From assembly GCA_045635705.1 (NCBI GenBank), contig JAZTWE010000006.1, forward strand, positions 1-47,534: 47,534 nucleotides of DNA. Reading direction: 5' to 3'. Position 1 is the stretch's first letter, and every line of letters starts with the position of its first letter. The translations under genes were made by a program, and so were the position numbers. A model generated the notes under the pieces. That model was not told the origin of the DNA and searched no databases. It saw only the letters and a program-made list of their open reading frames with translations. The stretch is from Candidatus Enterousia sp. (GTDB lineage: Bacteria; Pseudomonadota; Alphaproteobacteria; Rs-D84). Positions 26,151 to 35,017 of the stretch are shown piece after piece.

Positions 26151-27098
26151 TCAGTTGCACCCAATCGCATTACGGACAATTTCATTGGATGCAATTAGGG
26201 ATTGGCACATTTTTGTACATAAATTTTGTCGTGGGCAACTCTCAGCAGCCATAACGCTTTTACGCTTACTTGAGATATTACACCAACAGTATGTATCAAG
26301 GGCGCTAGAATTGTTTTTTATGTTACTGTCGACCTGATACAATTCCCCGGCGGTCGTAGAACACACACCTATGACATTACCGCTTTCGTTGTTATAGTCC
26401 ATGCAACTGTCGGAATAATGGCAATCATCGTCATACATGAATGTCCCCGTGCTGTCTGTACGACTGGCGTCCGACTGTACCAGATAGCAATCATATACAG
26501 AATTGCTGCCCTGGTCGATATTTATCACATCGGATGCCAGTTTCCCCGTCGGGCACAATGTGCACCCGGAACATGAAGCCGACATGTCGGTTTCGTTATA
26601 TGTGCATTTGGGGGTTCCGTAATGATTTGCTACGCATTCTGCATCCACCAGTACCTCACAATACGAATCTGATGTTCCTGGTTCACGGCATACCGCCGAT
26701 AGCGTCATATCATACCCAACAGGGTCAAACAAGATGGGAATAATACAATCATCATCATCATTGCATTCAATCGCCCCTATGACGGGGATGTCCCCAATAT
26801 CAGGATCGAGCATCCCACCATTAAGCTGGCATCCCTGGACGGTTGTTGATAAGGCCTTGCCGCTGGAATCTTTACATGGGATTGTTATGTATGTCGTGCC
26901 GAGTGTATATGTTGAACTACAACTTGCGCATCCACGAATTGTATATGAAACGCCTGTGCTTCCTGATGGGCAGCGTTGTGTGCTTTGTGCACCGTATGTT
27001 AGACAATTTACGGGTTCTACATCTGCCGCCATTGCACCTGTTGATAACAGTACTGTCCCCAGCATAGCCACACCCAAACCGACGATTATTTTCGGCAT
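26151..27098 (-). CDS. Secreted cysteine-rich protein, MPKIIVGLG family member 3
   Basis: 315 aa. Signal peptide MPKIIVGLGVAMLGTVLLSTGAMA, C-T-L-C-P-T-G module, DSTGTF motif, and YCWCN...C-x5-C-x3-C C-terminal module. The 5' end plus upstream 138 bp are identical to copy 2. Confidence 0.75.
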   Translation of the reverse strand: MPKIIVGLGVAMLGTVLLSTGAMAADVEPVNCLTYGAQSTQRCPSGSTGVSYTIRGCASCSSTYTLGTTYITIPCKDSSGKALSTTVQGCQLNGGMLDPDIGDIPVIGAIECNDDDDCIIPILFDPVGYDMTLSAVCREPGTSDSYCEVLVDAECVANHYGTPKCTYNETDMSASCSGCTLCPTGKLASDVINIDQGSNSVYDCYLVQSDASRTDSTGTFMYDDDCHYSDSCMDYNNESGNVIGVCSTTAGELYQVDSNIKNNSSALDTYCWCNISSKRKSVMAAESCPRQNLCTKMCQSLIASNEIVRNAIGCN

Positions 27099-27236
27099 AA
27101 AAAGGGGGAATAAAAAATGCAGATTTCAGGGATTTTTTCAAAAAAAATTATGCCGCGGAAAATCGTCCCATTTTTTTCGGCATTGTTTTTTACTTTCTAC
27201 ACCACAGATTATAACGCCTTGCGCAATTTTAGGCAA
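27099..27236 (-). promoter_or_regulatory. Conserved expression cassette, copy 3 (inverted relative to copy 2)
   Basis: The reverse complement carries TTGCCT (27236-27231), N17, TATAAT (27213-27208), and uORF 27183-27148 (MPKKMGRFSAA). It is identical to 14502-14639 except a CG/TT dinucleotide in the 3' hairpin arm. Confidence 0.65.
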
Positions 27237-27274
27237 GCACGAAAAACATAATATTTACCCATGTCTCACTTTGC

Positions 27275-27390
27275 ATATCATCCCGTGGTCATCCGTCTGC
27301 GCTTTGCTGCGTCGAGACAAAAGCCACGGGATGACAGAATTTTTTTGCAAAAATTCTGTTTATAAATACTCAACCAAACTTTTGTTTATA
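27275..27390. repeat. Partial copy of the MITE-like palindromic repeat
   Basis: TCATCCCGTGG...CCACGGGATGACAGAATTTTTTTGCAAAAATTCTGTTTATAAATACTCAACCAAACTTTTGTTTAT matches the right half of 42625-42833 with a few substitutions. Confidence 0.65.
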
Positions 27391-27445
27391 TAAGTAATTA
27401 TTTATTCCACATTCGAACTCTGTACTCTGAAATCTGAAAACTGAT

Positions 27446-27472
27446 AAAAAATCCCCCAAATGGGGGATTTTT
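27446..27472. terminator. Terminator downstream of the ABC permease gene
   Basis: AAAAAATCCCCC-AAAT-GGGGGATTTTT. Confidence 0.8.
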
Positions 27473-28688
27473 ATTCGTATCTTAAACTGTCAATTGGGTT
27501 CAGTTTCGCGGCCTTTAATGCGGGCATTACCCCCGATGCCAATCCAACAACAACTGCTACCGACACCGACAGGACAACTGGCCAAATACTAAACGGCACA
27601 TTGTACCCCAGTACAAATCGACCAACCCCCTGGGACAGACCCACACCAATCACCAGTCCAATCATTGAACCAATAAATGAAATAAATACAGATTCAGACA
27701 AGAACTGAATAATAATCTGGCGTTCGCGTGCGCCAATCGCCTTGCGTATACCGATTTCGCGCGTGCGTTCTGCAACCGATACCAGCATCATATTCATAAT
27801 CCCAATTGCACCGACCAACAGTGACACTGCCGCAATCGCAATCAGCAATAATTTCATATACCCTGTTACGGTTTCCATTGTTTCCATGATTTGCTTCATA
27901 TCCATAATTTGAAAGTCGTCTGCTGCATCGTCTTGCAGTCTGTGTCGCTGTCGCAACAGTGCGGTAATTTGTTCAATTGCAATATTGTTATCTGCATCTG
28001 GGAATATTTTCAGCGCAATCATTTGTACTGCGTTTGGAAAGCGGCTGCCTTGCAGACGTTTTTTTAATGTCGTCACAGGAATGATTACCATGTCGTCCTG
28101 GCTGCCCATTGCAGAATCACCCTTGGCCTTGGTGACACCAATAACAACAAAAGGTACATTTTGAATACGAATAACTTCGCCCACCGGATTTTCAGGCAGT
28201 CCCAATTCCTGGGCGGTTTCTGGGCCAATAACCGCATGCGTTGATGCGTTGCGCACGGCATTTTGTTCAAAGAATGTGCCTTGTTCCATTTCGATATTTT
28301 GAACCGTGGCATAGCCCGGGTACACCCCCATCATTGATGTAGCCCAGTTTTTATTGCCATACACCACCTGGGCCGACCCTTGTTGTACGGGTGAAATCGC
28401 CGCCACATCAGGCAGACGCGCAATAAATTCGGCGTCATCAATGGTCAGTGTCTGACGACTGCCTGTACGAACGCCGGCCTGTTGCGCGGCCCCCGCACGA
28501 ATCATAATTGTATTTGTCCCCAGTGACGAAAACTGTCCCGTGATTTCAGATTGTACTGTTTCGCCCACCGCCACCATAATCACCACCGCCATAACGCCGA
28601 TAACAATCCCCAGCACCGTCAGGAATGAACGGATTTTATTTCCGCTGATGGACAACCATGATTCCTTGAAAATGTCATTAAAAGTCAT
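27471..28688 (-). CDS. MacB-type ABC transporter permease (MacB periplasmic core plus FtsX domain)
   Basis: 405 aa. NKIRSFLTVLGIVIGVMAVVIMVAVGE..., a large periplasmic loop, and a C-terminal FtsX-type 3-helix bundle with REIGIRKAIGA. Confidence 0.85.
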   Translation of the reverse strand: MTFNDIFKESWLSISGNKIRSFLTVLGIVIGVMAVVIMVAVGETVQSEITGQFSSLGTNTIMIRAGAAQQAGVRTGSRQTLTIDDAEFIARLPDVAAISPVQQGSAQVVYGNKNWATSMMGVYPGYATVQNIEMEQGTFFEQNAVRNASTHAVIGPETAQELGLPENPVGEVIRIQNVPFVVIGVTKAKGDSAMGSQDDMVIIPVTTLKKRLQGSRFPNAVQMIALKIFPDADNNIAIEQITALLRQRHRLQDDAADDFQIMDMKQIMETMETVTGYMKLLLIAIAAVSLLVGAIGIMNMMLVSVAERTREIGIRKAIGARERQIIIQFLSESVFISFIGSMIGLVIGVGLSQGVGRFVLGYNVPFSIWPVVLSVSVAVVVGLASGVMPALKAAKLNPIDSLRYE

Positions 28689-28711
28689 TTGTTTCCCCCC
28701 GAAATTATCAA

Positions 28712-29434
28712 TTACAGATTGCGGTCATCTTTTGGAATTTTTCCGTCATAGTTAATTTTGCCGTCACGAATATGAATGAGTCTGTTTGCGTATTTTGCGA
28801 TATCAAATTCGTGTGTAATCATAACAATTGTTATGCCCAATTCCTGGTTCAGTTTTTTAAAGAACTTTAATATTTCATTCCCCATTTTACTGTCCAGTGC
28901 CCCTGTTGGTTCGTCGGCCAAAATCAGTTTCGGTTCCCCGGCCAGTGCGCGCGCAATCGCGACGCGCTGCTTCATCCCCCCTGACAACTGTGTCGGCAGG
29001 TATGTTTCAAATTGTTCCAGTCCGACACGGCGCAGCATTTCGCGTGCACGCGAAATGCGTTCGTCCATTGGCAACCCGCGATACATCAACGGCAACATAA
29101 CATTGTCCAGTACGCTGCGCTTTGGCAACAGGTTAAACTGTTGAAAAACAAACCCAATAAATTCATTTCTGACAATGGCCAGTTCGTCATTTGTCATACC
29201 GGTAATATCGCGACCGTACAATTCGTATGTTCCACTGGTTGGGGTATCCAGTGCACCAATAATATTCATGCATGTTGATTTGCCCGACCCCGACGGTCCC
29301 ATAATTGCGACAAATTCGCCCGCCTGAACGGTAAAGTTAATATCAAACAGCACCTGTTGCTTTCCGCCAATTTCCAGTGGAAAACTTTTGTTGATTTTTT
29401 TCAGTGCGATAATGGTTTCTGGTGATTTTTTCAT
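28712..29434 (-). CDS. ABC transporter ATP-binding protein (MacB/LolD-like)
   Basis: Walker A GPSGSGKST, Q-loop, signature LSGGMKQRVAIARAL, Walker B ILADEPTGALD, and H-loop ITHE. Confidence 0.92.
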   Translation of the reverse strand: MKKSPETIIALKKINKSFPLEIGGKQQVLFDINFTVQAGEFVAIMGPSGSGKSTCMNIIGALDTPTSGTYELYGRDITGMTNDELAIVRNEFIGFVFQQFNLLPKRSVLDNVMLPLMYRGLPMDERISRAREMLRRVGLEQFETYLPTQLSGGMKQRVAIARALAGEPKLILADEPTGALDSKMGNEILKFFKKLNQELGITIVMITHEFDIAKYANRLIHIRDGKINYDGKIPKDDRNL

Positions 29435-29485
29435 TTTTACCCCTGCTACATCACAATATTATATCATACGAACTGATTATGCATT

Positions 29486-29514
29486 AAAAAAATCCCGCCA
29501 TTTGACGGGATTTT
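29486..29514 (-). terminator. Terminator downstream of skp-like gene
   Basis: The minus strand reads ATCCCG-TCAAATGG-CGGGAT followed by T7. Confidence 0.7.
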
Positions 29515-29530
29515 GTCATTGTTTTTTGGC

Positions 29531-30193
29531 TTAGAAACCCTGGGGTTTATCCATTTTTACGCTGGAAACCTTTTTGTCCAACGCAGAAATAATTTCGTTT
29601 GTGATATCCAGGTTTGCGGCATCTGCACCCATGCGTGCAAAACGACCGTCAATTACCAACGACAAATTCTTTTTTGCAATTGTGCCTTCGATAATCGGAT
29701 CCAAGTGCTTTGTCTGCAAATCAGCCAATGCCTTTTGATATGACATTTCGATGCTTTGTGCGCGTTCTGTCAGTTCGCGTTGCAATTTTGTCACCTTGTT
29801 TTGATAGTCAACAACACGGCGTTGCAGTGCTTCGCGTGATAAAACATCTTGTGACTTTTCGATTTCAACTTTTTCTTTTTCCAAATCTTTCTGTTGTTTG
29901 GTCAGTTCATCACGCAACTTTTCTTCGTATTTTTCCTTTTGCTTGCGCAAATCAGCCAATGCCTTGGCATCTGTTTGAATTGCATCCATACGAATAACAG
30001 CAATGCGCAGGTTCGCACCATTTGCTGCATCTGTGGATACTGTTTCCATTGCTTCGGCAACTGTTGCGCCATTATTACCATTCAGTGCAGATACCGCCCA
30101 TACACCCAACGCCGCCACAACGATAACAATCGCCGCGATAATGCCAGTTTTTTTATAGTTCTGTACAGGATTTGTATTATTTGTTTTTACCAT
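29531..30193 (-). CDS. OmpH/Skp-family periplasmic chaperone-like protein
   Basis: N-terminal hydrophobic segment, then IAVIRMDAIQTDAKALADLRKQKEKYEEKL... a long coiled coil, ending with LDITNEIISALDKK as in the OmpH family. Confidence 0.65.
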   Translation of the reverse strand: MVKTNNTNPVQNYKKTGIIAAIVIVVAALGVWAVSALNGNNGATVAEAMETVSTDAANGANLRIAVIRMDAIQTDAKALADLRKQKEKYEEKLRDELTKQQKDLEKEKVEIEKSQDVLSREALQRRVVDYQNKVTKLQRELTERAQSIEMSYQKALADLQTKHLDPIIEGTIAKKNLSLVIDGRFARMGADAANLDITNEIISALDKKVSSVKMDKPQGF

Positions 30194-30269
30194 TTTCCGT
30201 CCTTTTATGTTTGTTATGTGTTGACTATAACAATAAAAATATAAAATGAAAAGGGAAAGTTATCTTTTT

Positions 30270-30953
30270 CTATCGCGCTGGGGCCAATCTGATTTCAACC
30301 CGTCGATTGGTCAGGCGACCAATATCATCCTGGGCGGCGATTGGGCGTGCTGCGCCACGGCCAACAATAAACATGCGCGCGGTATTTACCCCATGCTGGG
30401 CCAAGTACACGCCCACGCGTTGCGCCATATCCAGCGACAGTGCCGCCGCCGCATTTGCATCACGCATTGCATCGGTGTATCCGGCAATTTCAATAAATGT
30501 TGCATCATATTGGCGTAATAATTTTGCGATTGTATTCAGCGTGTCGTCACCCGTGGCTGATATATCTGCGACATTTAGTTCCATAATTGCATCACGCACC
30601 AGTATTATAACAACATCACTGCCCGCGCGCTGTACGGAAATTCCCGGCTTGCGCAGTGCATCATACAGTGCAAATTCCAATCGCGACATATAATCCAGTA
30701 TAACCGCATTATCGTTTGTTAATTTGTCGCCGTATTCCATCGCGGCAGATGTGTTCGTGTTATCAACGACCAACTTTCCACCCGCCCCCAGGTATACTGG
30801 CCGCTTTGCCATACGCGACATTTCATTCATATCTGTAAAGCTGGCGCCATTCAGGTATTGTGACCATGTATTGCGTTGCGGACTGCTGTATGGGGCGCAC
30901 GCCCACATTGTACCGACAACAGCAATCAAAGACACAATATTAAATAACTTCAT
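30270..30953 (-). CDS. OmpA_C-domain (peptidoglycan-associated) lipoprotein-like protein
   Basis: Signal MKLFNIVSLIAVVGTMWAC. The C-terminal part reads IEIAGYTDAMRDANAAAALSLDMAQRVGVYLAQHG...GRGAARPIA...NRRVEIRL (OmpA_C signature). The ATG shares one nt with the stop of the upstream pilin gene. Confidence 0.75.
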   Translation of the reverse strand: MKLFNIVSLIAVVGTMWACAPYSSPQRNTWSQYLNGASFTDMNEMSRMAKRPVYLGAGGKLVVDNTNTSAAMEYGDKLTNDNAVILDYMSRLEFALYDALRKPGISVQRAGSDVVIILVRDAIMELNVADISATGDDTLNTIAKLLRQYDATFIEIAGYTDAMRDANAAAALSLDMAQRVGVYLAQHGVNTARMFIVGRGAARPIAAQDDIGRLTNRRVEIRLAPAR

Positions 30954-31411
30954 TATTCAACAATAAATGATATTTGGTTTGTCGCAGATGAAAAGCAATA
31001 ATCGTTTCCATCCAGTTCATATCCGTTAATCAGAACGGCGTTTGCCCACTTTGGTACACTGGTTTCAAAATAGTCACATTCACCTTCGCTTAAATCAACC
31101 AGGTTAATTGAAAAGGATTTTCCATCTGCGCTGGCAACAACATTCCAGTCTGCGCCACCTAATGGTGCCGCATCAGAATCCAGCGCGCCTGCCTTGATTA
31201 AATAGTCAACCGATATCCCGGTATAATCGCCGCGCATTTCCATCAAGGTTTTTGTGTCGCGCGCAATCTGTTCCATTGTTGCTTCTGCGATTTTGCGTTC
31301 CTGGCCGCTGTGGACGATTTTGTACGCGCCCATTGCACCCACAGTCATCAGTCCCGTCACCGCCAGCACACCAATAACTTCGATTAACGAACGTCCAGAT
31401 TCTGCCTTCAT
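30953..31411 (-). CDS. Type IV pilin-like protein (class III signal peptide)
   Basis: MKAESG/RSLIEVIGVLAVTGLMTVGAMGAY: short basic leader ending in Gly, Glu at +5, hydrophobic helix. A C-terminal Cys pair (GECDY...DYCF) is typical of the pilin disulfide loop. The ATG shares one nt with the dnaX stop (TAATG). Confidence 0.7.
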   Translation of the reverse strand: MKAESGRSLIEVIGVLAVTGLMTVGAMGAYKIVHSGQERKIAEATMEQIARDTKTLMEMRGDYTGISVDYLIKAGALDSDAAPLGGADWNVVASADGKSFSINLVDLSEGECDYFETSVPKWANAVLINGYELDGNDYCFSSATNQISFIVE

Positions 31412-32976
31412 TATTTTACTCCTACGATTTCTGCGTTTTCAAACAGGCTCATTGCGCTGGCGACCAATGGGTCCGCGGCCAGTTCTTGTTGTTTTTGTTC
31501 AGATACGGTTTGGTTGTGCATGCTTTCCATCATGCGTTCCAAAATCCATTGCCGGCCTGTTTTGTCGGCCAAGAATGTTGATAGTTTATGTGCAAAATCC
31601 ATGTCGCCCTTGCGGTCAAAGTACTTGATTTTTCCATCAGCGAATTCGGCAATTTCGATATTGCTGCTGTAATACGAAAACAACAATATTTCCTTGTTTT
31701 CTTGCAATGCACGTGCCAGGTCTGCCCCTGATTCAATCGTGCATGATTTTTCTTGGGCTTTTGGTTCCTGGGTGGTGTCTGCGGCCATGCGACTGGCCAA
31801 GATATTTTTTACATCACGAACACGGTTTTCGGATTCTTGCTGTTTTAATATTTCTGGTACCGACGGCATATCTGCGATATGCATCATACGAATAACCAGC
31901 ATATCAAAGCACTGTTTTTGATTGCCTGCGGCCTGCATTTCTGAAACAGATGCGACCATAACCTGCCAAATTCTGGACAGGGTATTTACCGACACGCGTG
32001 AATTTATATCGCGAATTTGTGCGCGCTGATCGGCGGTATATGGTGAATTAAGCACATCACCCGCGCGCAGCGCTGGGTGCATACGGGTTGCCCAGTGTGT
32101 CCATTCCATCATATCGGTCAGCAGCATTGATAAATCTGCCCCGTTGTTATAGATTTCATCGGCTTTGTTCAACGCCGCGGCGGTATCACCAGACAAAAGT
32201 GTCTTCATAAAATCGACAACAACCCCACGGTCTGCGCGTTTCAGCATGTCCAGGACGGCGGCCTCGTCAACCTTGCCACCGGTTTGTGCGATTGCCTGGT
32301 CCAACAGTGATAACCCGTCACGCACTGATCCGTCTGCGGCGCGGGCTAATAATTCATTCGCCCCGTCGGACAGTTCAATTTGTTCCTGGCCTGCAATCCA
32401 TTCAAAGTGTTTTTTTAATGTTTCAACCGGTACGCGCACCAAATCAAATCGCTGGCAACGCGACAGAATTGTCACCGGTACCTTGCGAATTTCTGTAGTT
32501 GCCAGGATAAATATAACATGCGCTGGTGGTTCTTCCAGTGTCTTTAACAGCGCGTTAAATGCGCTGGTCGACAGCATGTGTACTTCGTCGATAATATATA
32601 CCTTGTACCGACCGTTTGTTGGGCGGTATTGCGCTGCATCCAATATATCGCGCATATTGTCAACGCCGGTGTGTGACGCTGCGTCAATTTCCATAACATC
32701 GATATGCTGACCGGCGGCAATTGCACGACAGTTTTCGCATGTTCCGCATGGTGTTGCGGTCGCCCTATCTGACGACAGGCAATTTAACGCCTTGGCCAAT
32801 ATGCGGGCCGTACTGGTTTTTCCAGTACCACGAATGCCCGTGAAAATATAGGCGTGCGCAATACGCGAAGTGTTAATCGCGGTCGTCAGTGTTTTTACCA
32901 AAACATCCTGGCCGATAAGTGATTTGAAATCCTGGCTGCGATATTTGCGTGCTAAAACGGTATAGTTAGTATCCAT
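31411..32976 (-). CDS. dnaX: DNA polymerase III subunit gamma/tau
   Basis: LARKYRSQDFKSLIGQD, Walker A GIRGTGKTSTARILAK, zinc module C-x-x-C...C-x-x-C (TPCGTCENC), DEVHMLS, and SRCQRFDL. Confidence 0.93.
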   Translation of the reverse strand: MDTNYTVLARKYRSQDFKSLIGQDVLVKTLTTAINTSRIAHAYIFTGIRGTGKTSTARILAKALNCLSSDRATATPCGTCENCRAIAAGQHIDVMEIDAASHTGVDNMRDILDAAQYRPTNGRYKVYIIDEVHMLSTSAFNALLKTLEEPPAHVIFILATTEIRKVPVTILSRCQRFDLVRVPVETLKKHFEWIAGQEQIELSDGANELLARAADGSVRDGLSLLDQAIAQTGGKVDEAAVLDMLKRADRGVVVDFMKTLLSGDTAAALNKADEIYNNGADLSMLLTDMMEWTHWATRMHPALRAGDVLNSPYTADQRAQIRDINSRVSVNTLSRIWQVMVASVSEMQAAGNQKQCFDMLVIRMMHIADMPSVPEILKQQESENRVRDVKNILASRMAADTTQEPKAQEKSCTIESGADLARALQENKEILLFSYYSSNIEIAEFADGKIKYFDRKGDMDFAHKLSTFLADKTGRQWILERMMESMHNQTVSEQKQQELAADPLVASAMSLFENAEIVGVK

Positions 32977-33030
32977 GCTTAAAACTTCCTTTTGCCTTAG
33001 AATAGCAAACTGACATCAGATTTCAATAAA

Positions 33031-33056
33031 TAAAATCCCCAGTGGCGGGGATTTTT
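33031..33056 (-). terminator. Probable terminator downstream of rluD
   Basis: AAAATCCCC-AGTGGC-GGGGATTTTT palindrome; short T-run on the minus strand. Confidence 0.55.
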
Positions 33057-34011
33057 ACATATCTTCCAGTATCGCTTTCAGTTCTTGCATATCATCGGGC
33101 AACCGTGATTTGAATTTCATTTGTGCGCCTGTGACTGGATGCGTGAATTCCAATACTTCTGCGTGCAGCATTTGCCCATCGTGTTCGCGCAAAAAATCCA
33201 ACAGATATGGATCGCGCACCGACCCCAATCGCGCGGCCCCACGGCCATATAGCGGATCGCACAATACCGGGAAGCCGTGCGCCGATAAATGTACGCGAAT
33301 TTGATGTGTACGCCCCGTCATCAGGTTGCATCGAAATTGTGACACGCCGGCGCGCGGCCATGCATTTACAACCGATACCTGAGTATGGGCGGGCTTGCCA
33401 CCTGATTTTACCATTGTCATTTTTTGACGATTGCGTGACGAACGGGCAATGTTACCAGTGATATCTGCGCCCTCCCAGTTTGGAATGCCCCAAACAAAGG
33501 TGACATATTTCCGGGTCAGATTGTGTTCTGAAAACATTTTGACCAATCCGCGAAATGCCGCATCTGATTTTGCAAATACCATAACGCCACTGGTATCTTT
33601 GTCCAGTCTGTGCACCACCCCTGGACGCGTTGCGCCCCCCAGCATCGACAGCCCTGTATGCGCCAAGATATTTTGTACAAATGTACCTGTCTTGTTTCCG
33701 GCTGACGGGTACATAACAACACCGCGCGGTTTGTTTATAACGATTATGTCATCGTCTTCGAACAAAATATCTAATTCAAAGTCATTTGAAATATTGTCTG
33801 TCGCAACATCGGTGACGGCATCTGGCACGGTGACTGCGAACTTGTCCCCGGGACGAATTTTTTCTGAAAACTTTACCGGTGCATCATTGCGCATAACCTG
33901 AAAGCGTTGAATTTCGCTGCGCGAAAATTCAGGCATCTGTGTCGACAAAAATTTATCCACCCGCACAGATTCCGTGTCATCTGGAACAATAAATTCACGA
34001 ACAGTTGTCAT
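33055..34011 (-). CDS. rluD: 23S rRNA pseudouridine synthase, RluA family (RluD-like, with S4 domain)
   Basis: S4-like N-terminus (VRVDKFLS...), catalytic HRLDKDTSGVMVFAK, and GRTHQIRVHL. Confidence 0.9.
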   Translation of the reverse strand: MTTVREFIVPDDTESVRVDKFLSTQMPEFSRSEIQRFQVMRNDAPVKFSEKIRPGDKFAVTVPDAVTDVATDNISNDFELDILFEDDDIIVINKPRGVVMYPSAGNKTGTFVQNILAHTGLSMLGGATRPGVVHRLDKDTSGVMVFAKSDAAFRGLVKMFSEHNLTRKYVTFVWGIPNWEGADITGNIARSSRNRQKMTMVKSGGKPAHTQVSVVNAWPRAGVSQFRCNLMTGRTHQIRVHLSAHGFPVLCDPLYGRGAARLGSVRDPYLLDFLREHDGQMLHAEVLEFTHPVTGAQMKFKSRLPDDMQELKAILEDM

Positions 34012-34020
34012 TTACCAAAC

Positions 34021-34476
34021 CTATTTATATTCGTCCCAATCTGGTCCCTTGTCGCAATCAGACAAATCAATTGTTAAATCGCGTCCATCGCTTTTTACAG
34101 GGCATGTTAAAATTCCGGTTGTTGTTTTTTCATCTGCGTCGCGCGCAATATTTTGCCACGCAAATTTAATCTCTGTCGGGGCGGCGACACACGCAATGCG
34201 CATATGATGGTTTTGCTTGCCGTCTGGTCCAATCCAAATATAGACCCCGTCGCCTAATCCATAGCATGGAAATCCATCTAAATAATACAACGCCAATCCG
34301 CGCCCAACCAGTGATTTATCAGACCGAAAACTGCCACGGTATTCAGACAATTGTAATCCTGTCACCGCTTCCCAATCTGTGCTGGTTGAAAAAATGCTAA
34401 CGCGTGGCGCGACCTGTGTGTCCGCCGCCATTGCAGATGTGCATACGAATAACATCAACGCAATAAACTTTTTCAT
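34021..34476 (-). CDS. Small secreted protein of unknown function
   Basis: Signal peptide MKKFIALMLFVCTSAMA/AD. The ATG overlaps the upstream stop (ATGA at 34473-34476). It ends 9 nt before the rluD start. Confidence 0.55.
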   Translation of the reverse strand: MKKFIALMLFVCTSAMAADTQVAPRVSIFSTSTDWEAVTGLQLSEYRGSFRSDKSLVGRGLALYYLDGFPCYGLGDGVYIWIGPDGKQNHHMRIACVAAPTEIKFAWQNIARDADEKTTTGILTCPVKSDGRDLTIDLSDCDKGPDWDEYK

Positions 34477-34997
34477 TCTTCGTCCCCCATTACTTGCAGC
34501 CCGGATAACTTTGCACTGACGCGTTTTACCCCCGCAACCGGCACAGATAAAGTATGCCGGAAATTAACGGTTGCCCCGGAATCCAGCAGTGTTGCCGACG
34601 GCATAAATTTCTGTTGGGCGATAACGTGTCCGTCATCACCATGCGAAACAATTATTAAATCAGGCACCCCATAAATTTCAGCCGATTGATTTGTAATTGA
34701 ACCACTGACCACCAGTTGTGTTTTGCCATTTTCATCGGTTGTGGTTTCAATCCCGGTCACTGCTGCGACCAGTGGCTGTGCCTGTGGGCTATTAACATTA
34801 TGATGCACAATTACCACAACCGTAAATATAATCGCAGACAACAGTGCGCACAGTGATGCAAAAAATGTCAGCCAAGTATTGCGCCGTGACGGCATTGCAA
34901 CCGTCCAAGAATGTCCACAGATTGCGCATTTAACCGGTGTTGTTGGCGCGTTATTCAGGTTGTATTCTGTTTTACAAAATTCGCATTTTATTTTCAT
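34473..34997 (-). CDS. MJ0042-type zinc-ribbon membrane protein with DUF3426-like periplasmic domain
   Basis: MKIKCEFCKTEYNL...VKCAICGHSW (C-x2-C...C-x2-C ribbon), one TM helix (WLTFFASLCALLSAIIFTVVVIV), then a beta-rich C-terminal domain. Confidence 0.6.
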   Translation of the reverse strand: MKIKCEFCKTEYNLNNAPTTPVKCAICGHSWTVAMPSRRNTWLTFFASLCALLSAIIFTVVVIVHHNVNSPQAQPLVAAVTGIETTTDENGKTQLVVSGSITNQSAEIYGVPDLIIVSHGDDGHVIAQQKFMPSATLLDSGATVNFRHTLSVPVAGVKRVSAKLSGLQVMGDEE

Positions 34998-35017
34998 GAT
35001 TCTACTTATACCATAAA

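Noticed and set aside
27446-27472. Stereotyped AAAAATCCC(C/G)...GGGATTTTT palindromes at 185, 27446, 29486, 33031, 42594 and 43861 were considered as a dispersed repeat family or CRISPR-like repeats.
   Set aside because: - Each sits precisely at a gene 3' end.
- Loops and stem lengths differ, and spacing is irregular.
- They are ordinary bidirectional intrinsic terminators that share an A-tract / GC-stem / T-tract design.
27471-30193. The ABC ATPase, MacB-type permease and upstream coiled-coil protein were considered as a MacAB-like tripartite efflux operon, with the 220-aa protein as the membrane-fusion adaptor.
   Set aside because: - The 220-aa protein matches the OmpH/Skp pattern, not HlyD/MacA (no lipoyl or beta-barrel motifs).
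- It is separated from the ABC genes by a terminator (29486-29514).
- No adaptor or TolC gene is present, so only a generic MacB-type call is supported.
32400-32425. An A7 run (TTA AAA AAA CAC) in dnaX was considered as a programmed -1 frameshift site producing the gamma subunit.
   Set aside because: It lies around codon 190, inside the ATPase/clamp-loader core, far upstream of where gamma ends. I saw no downstream stimulatory hairpin.
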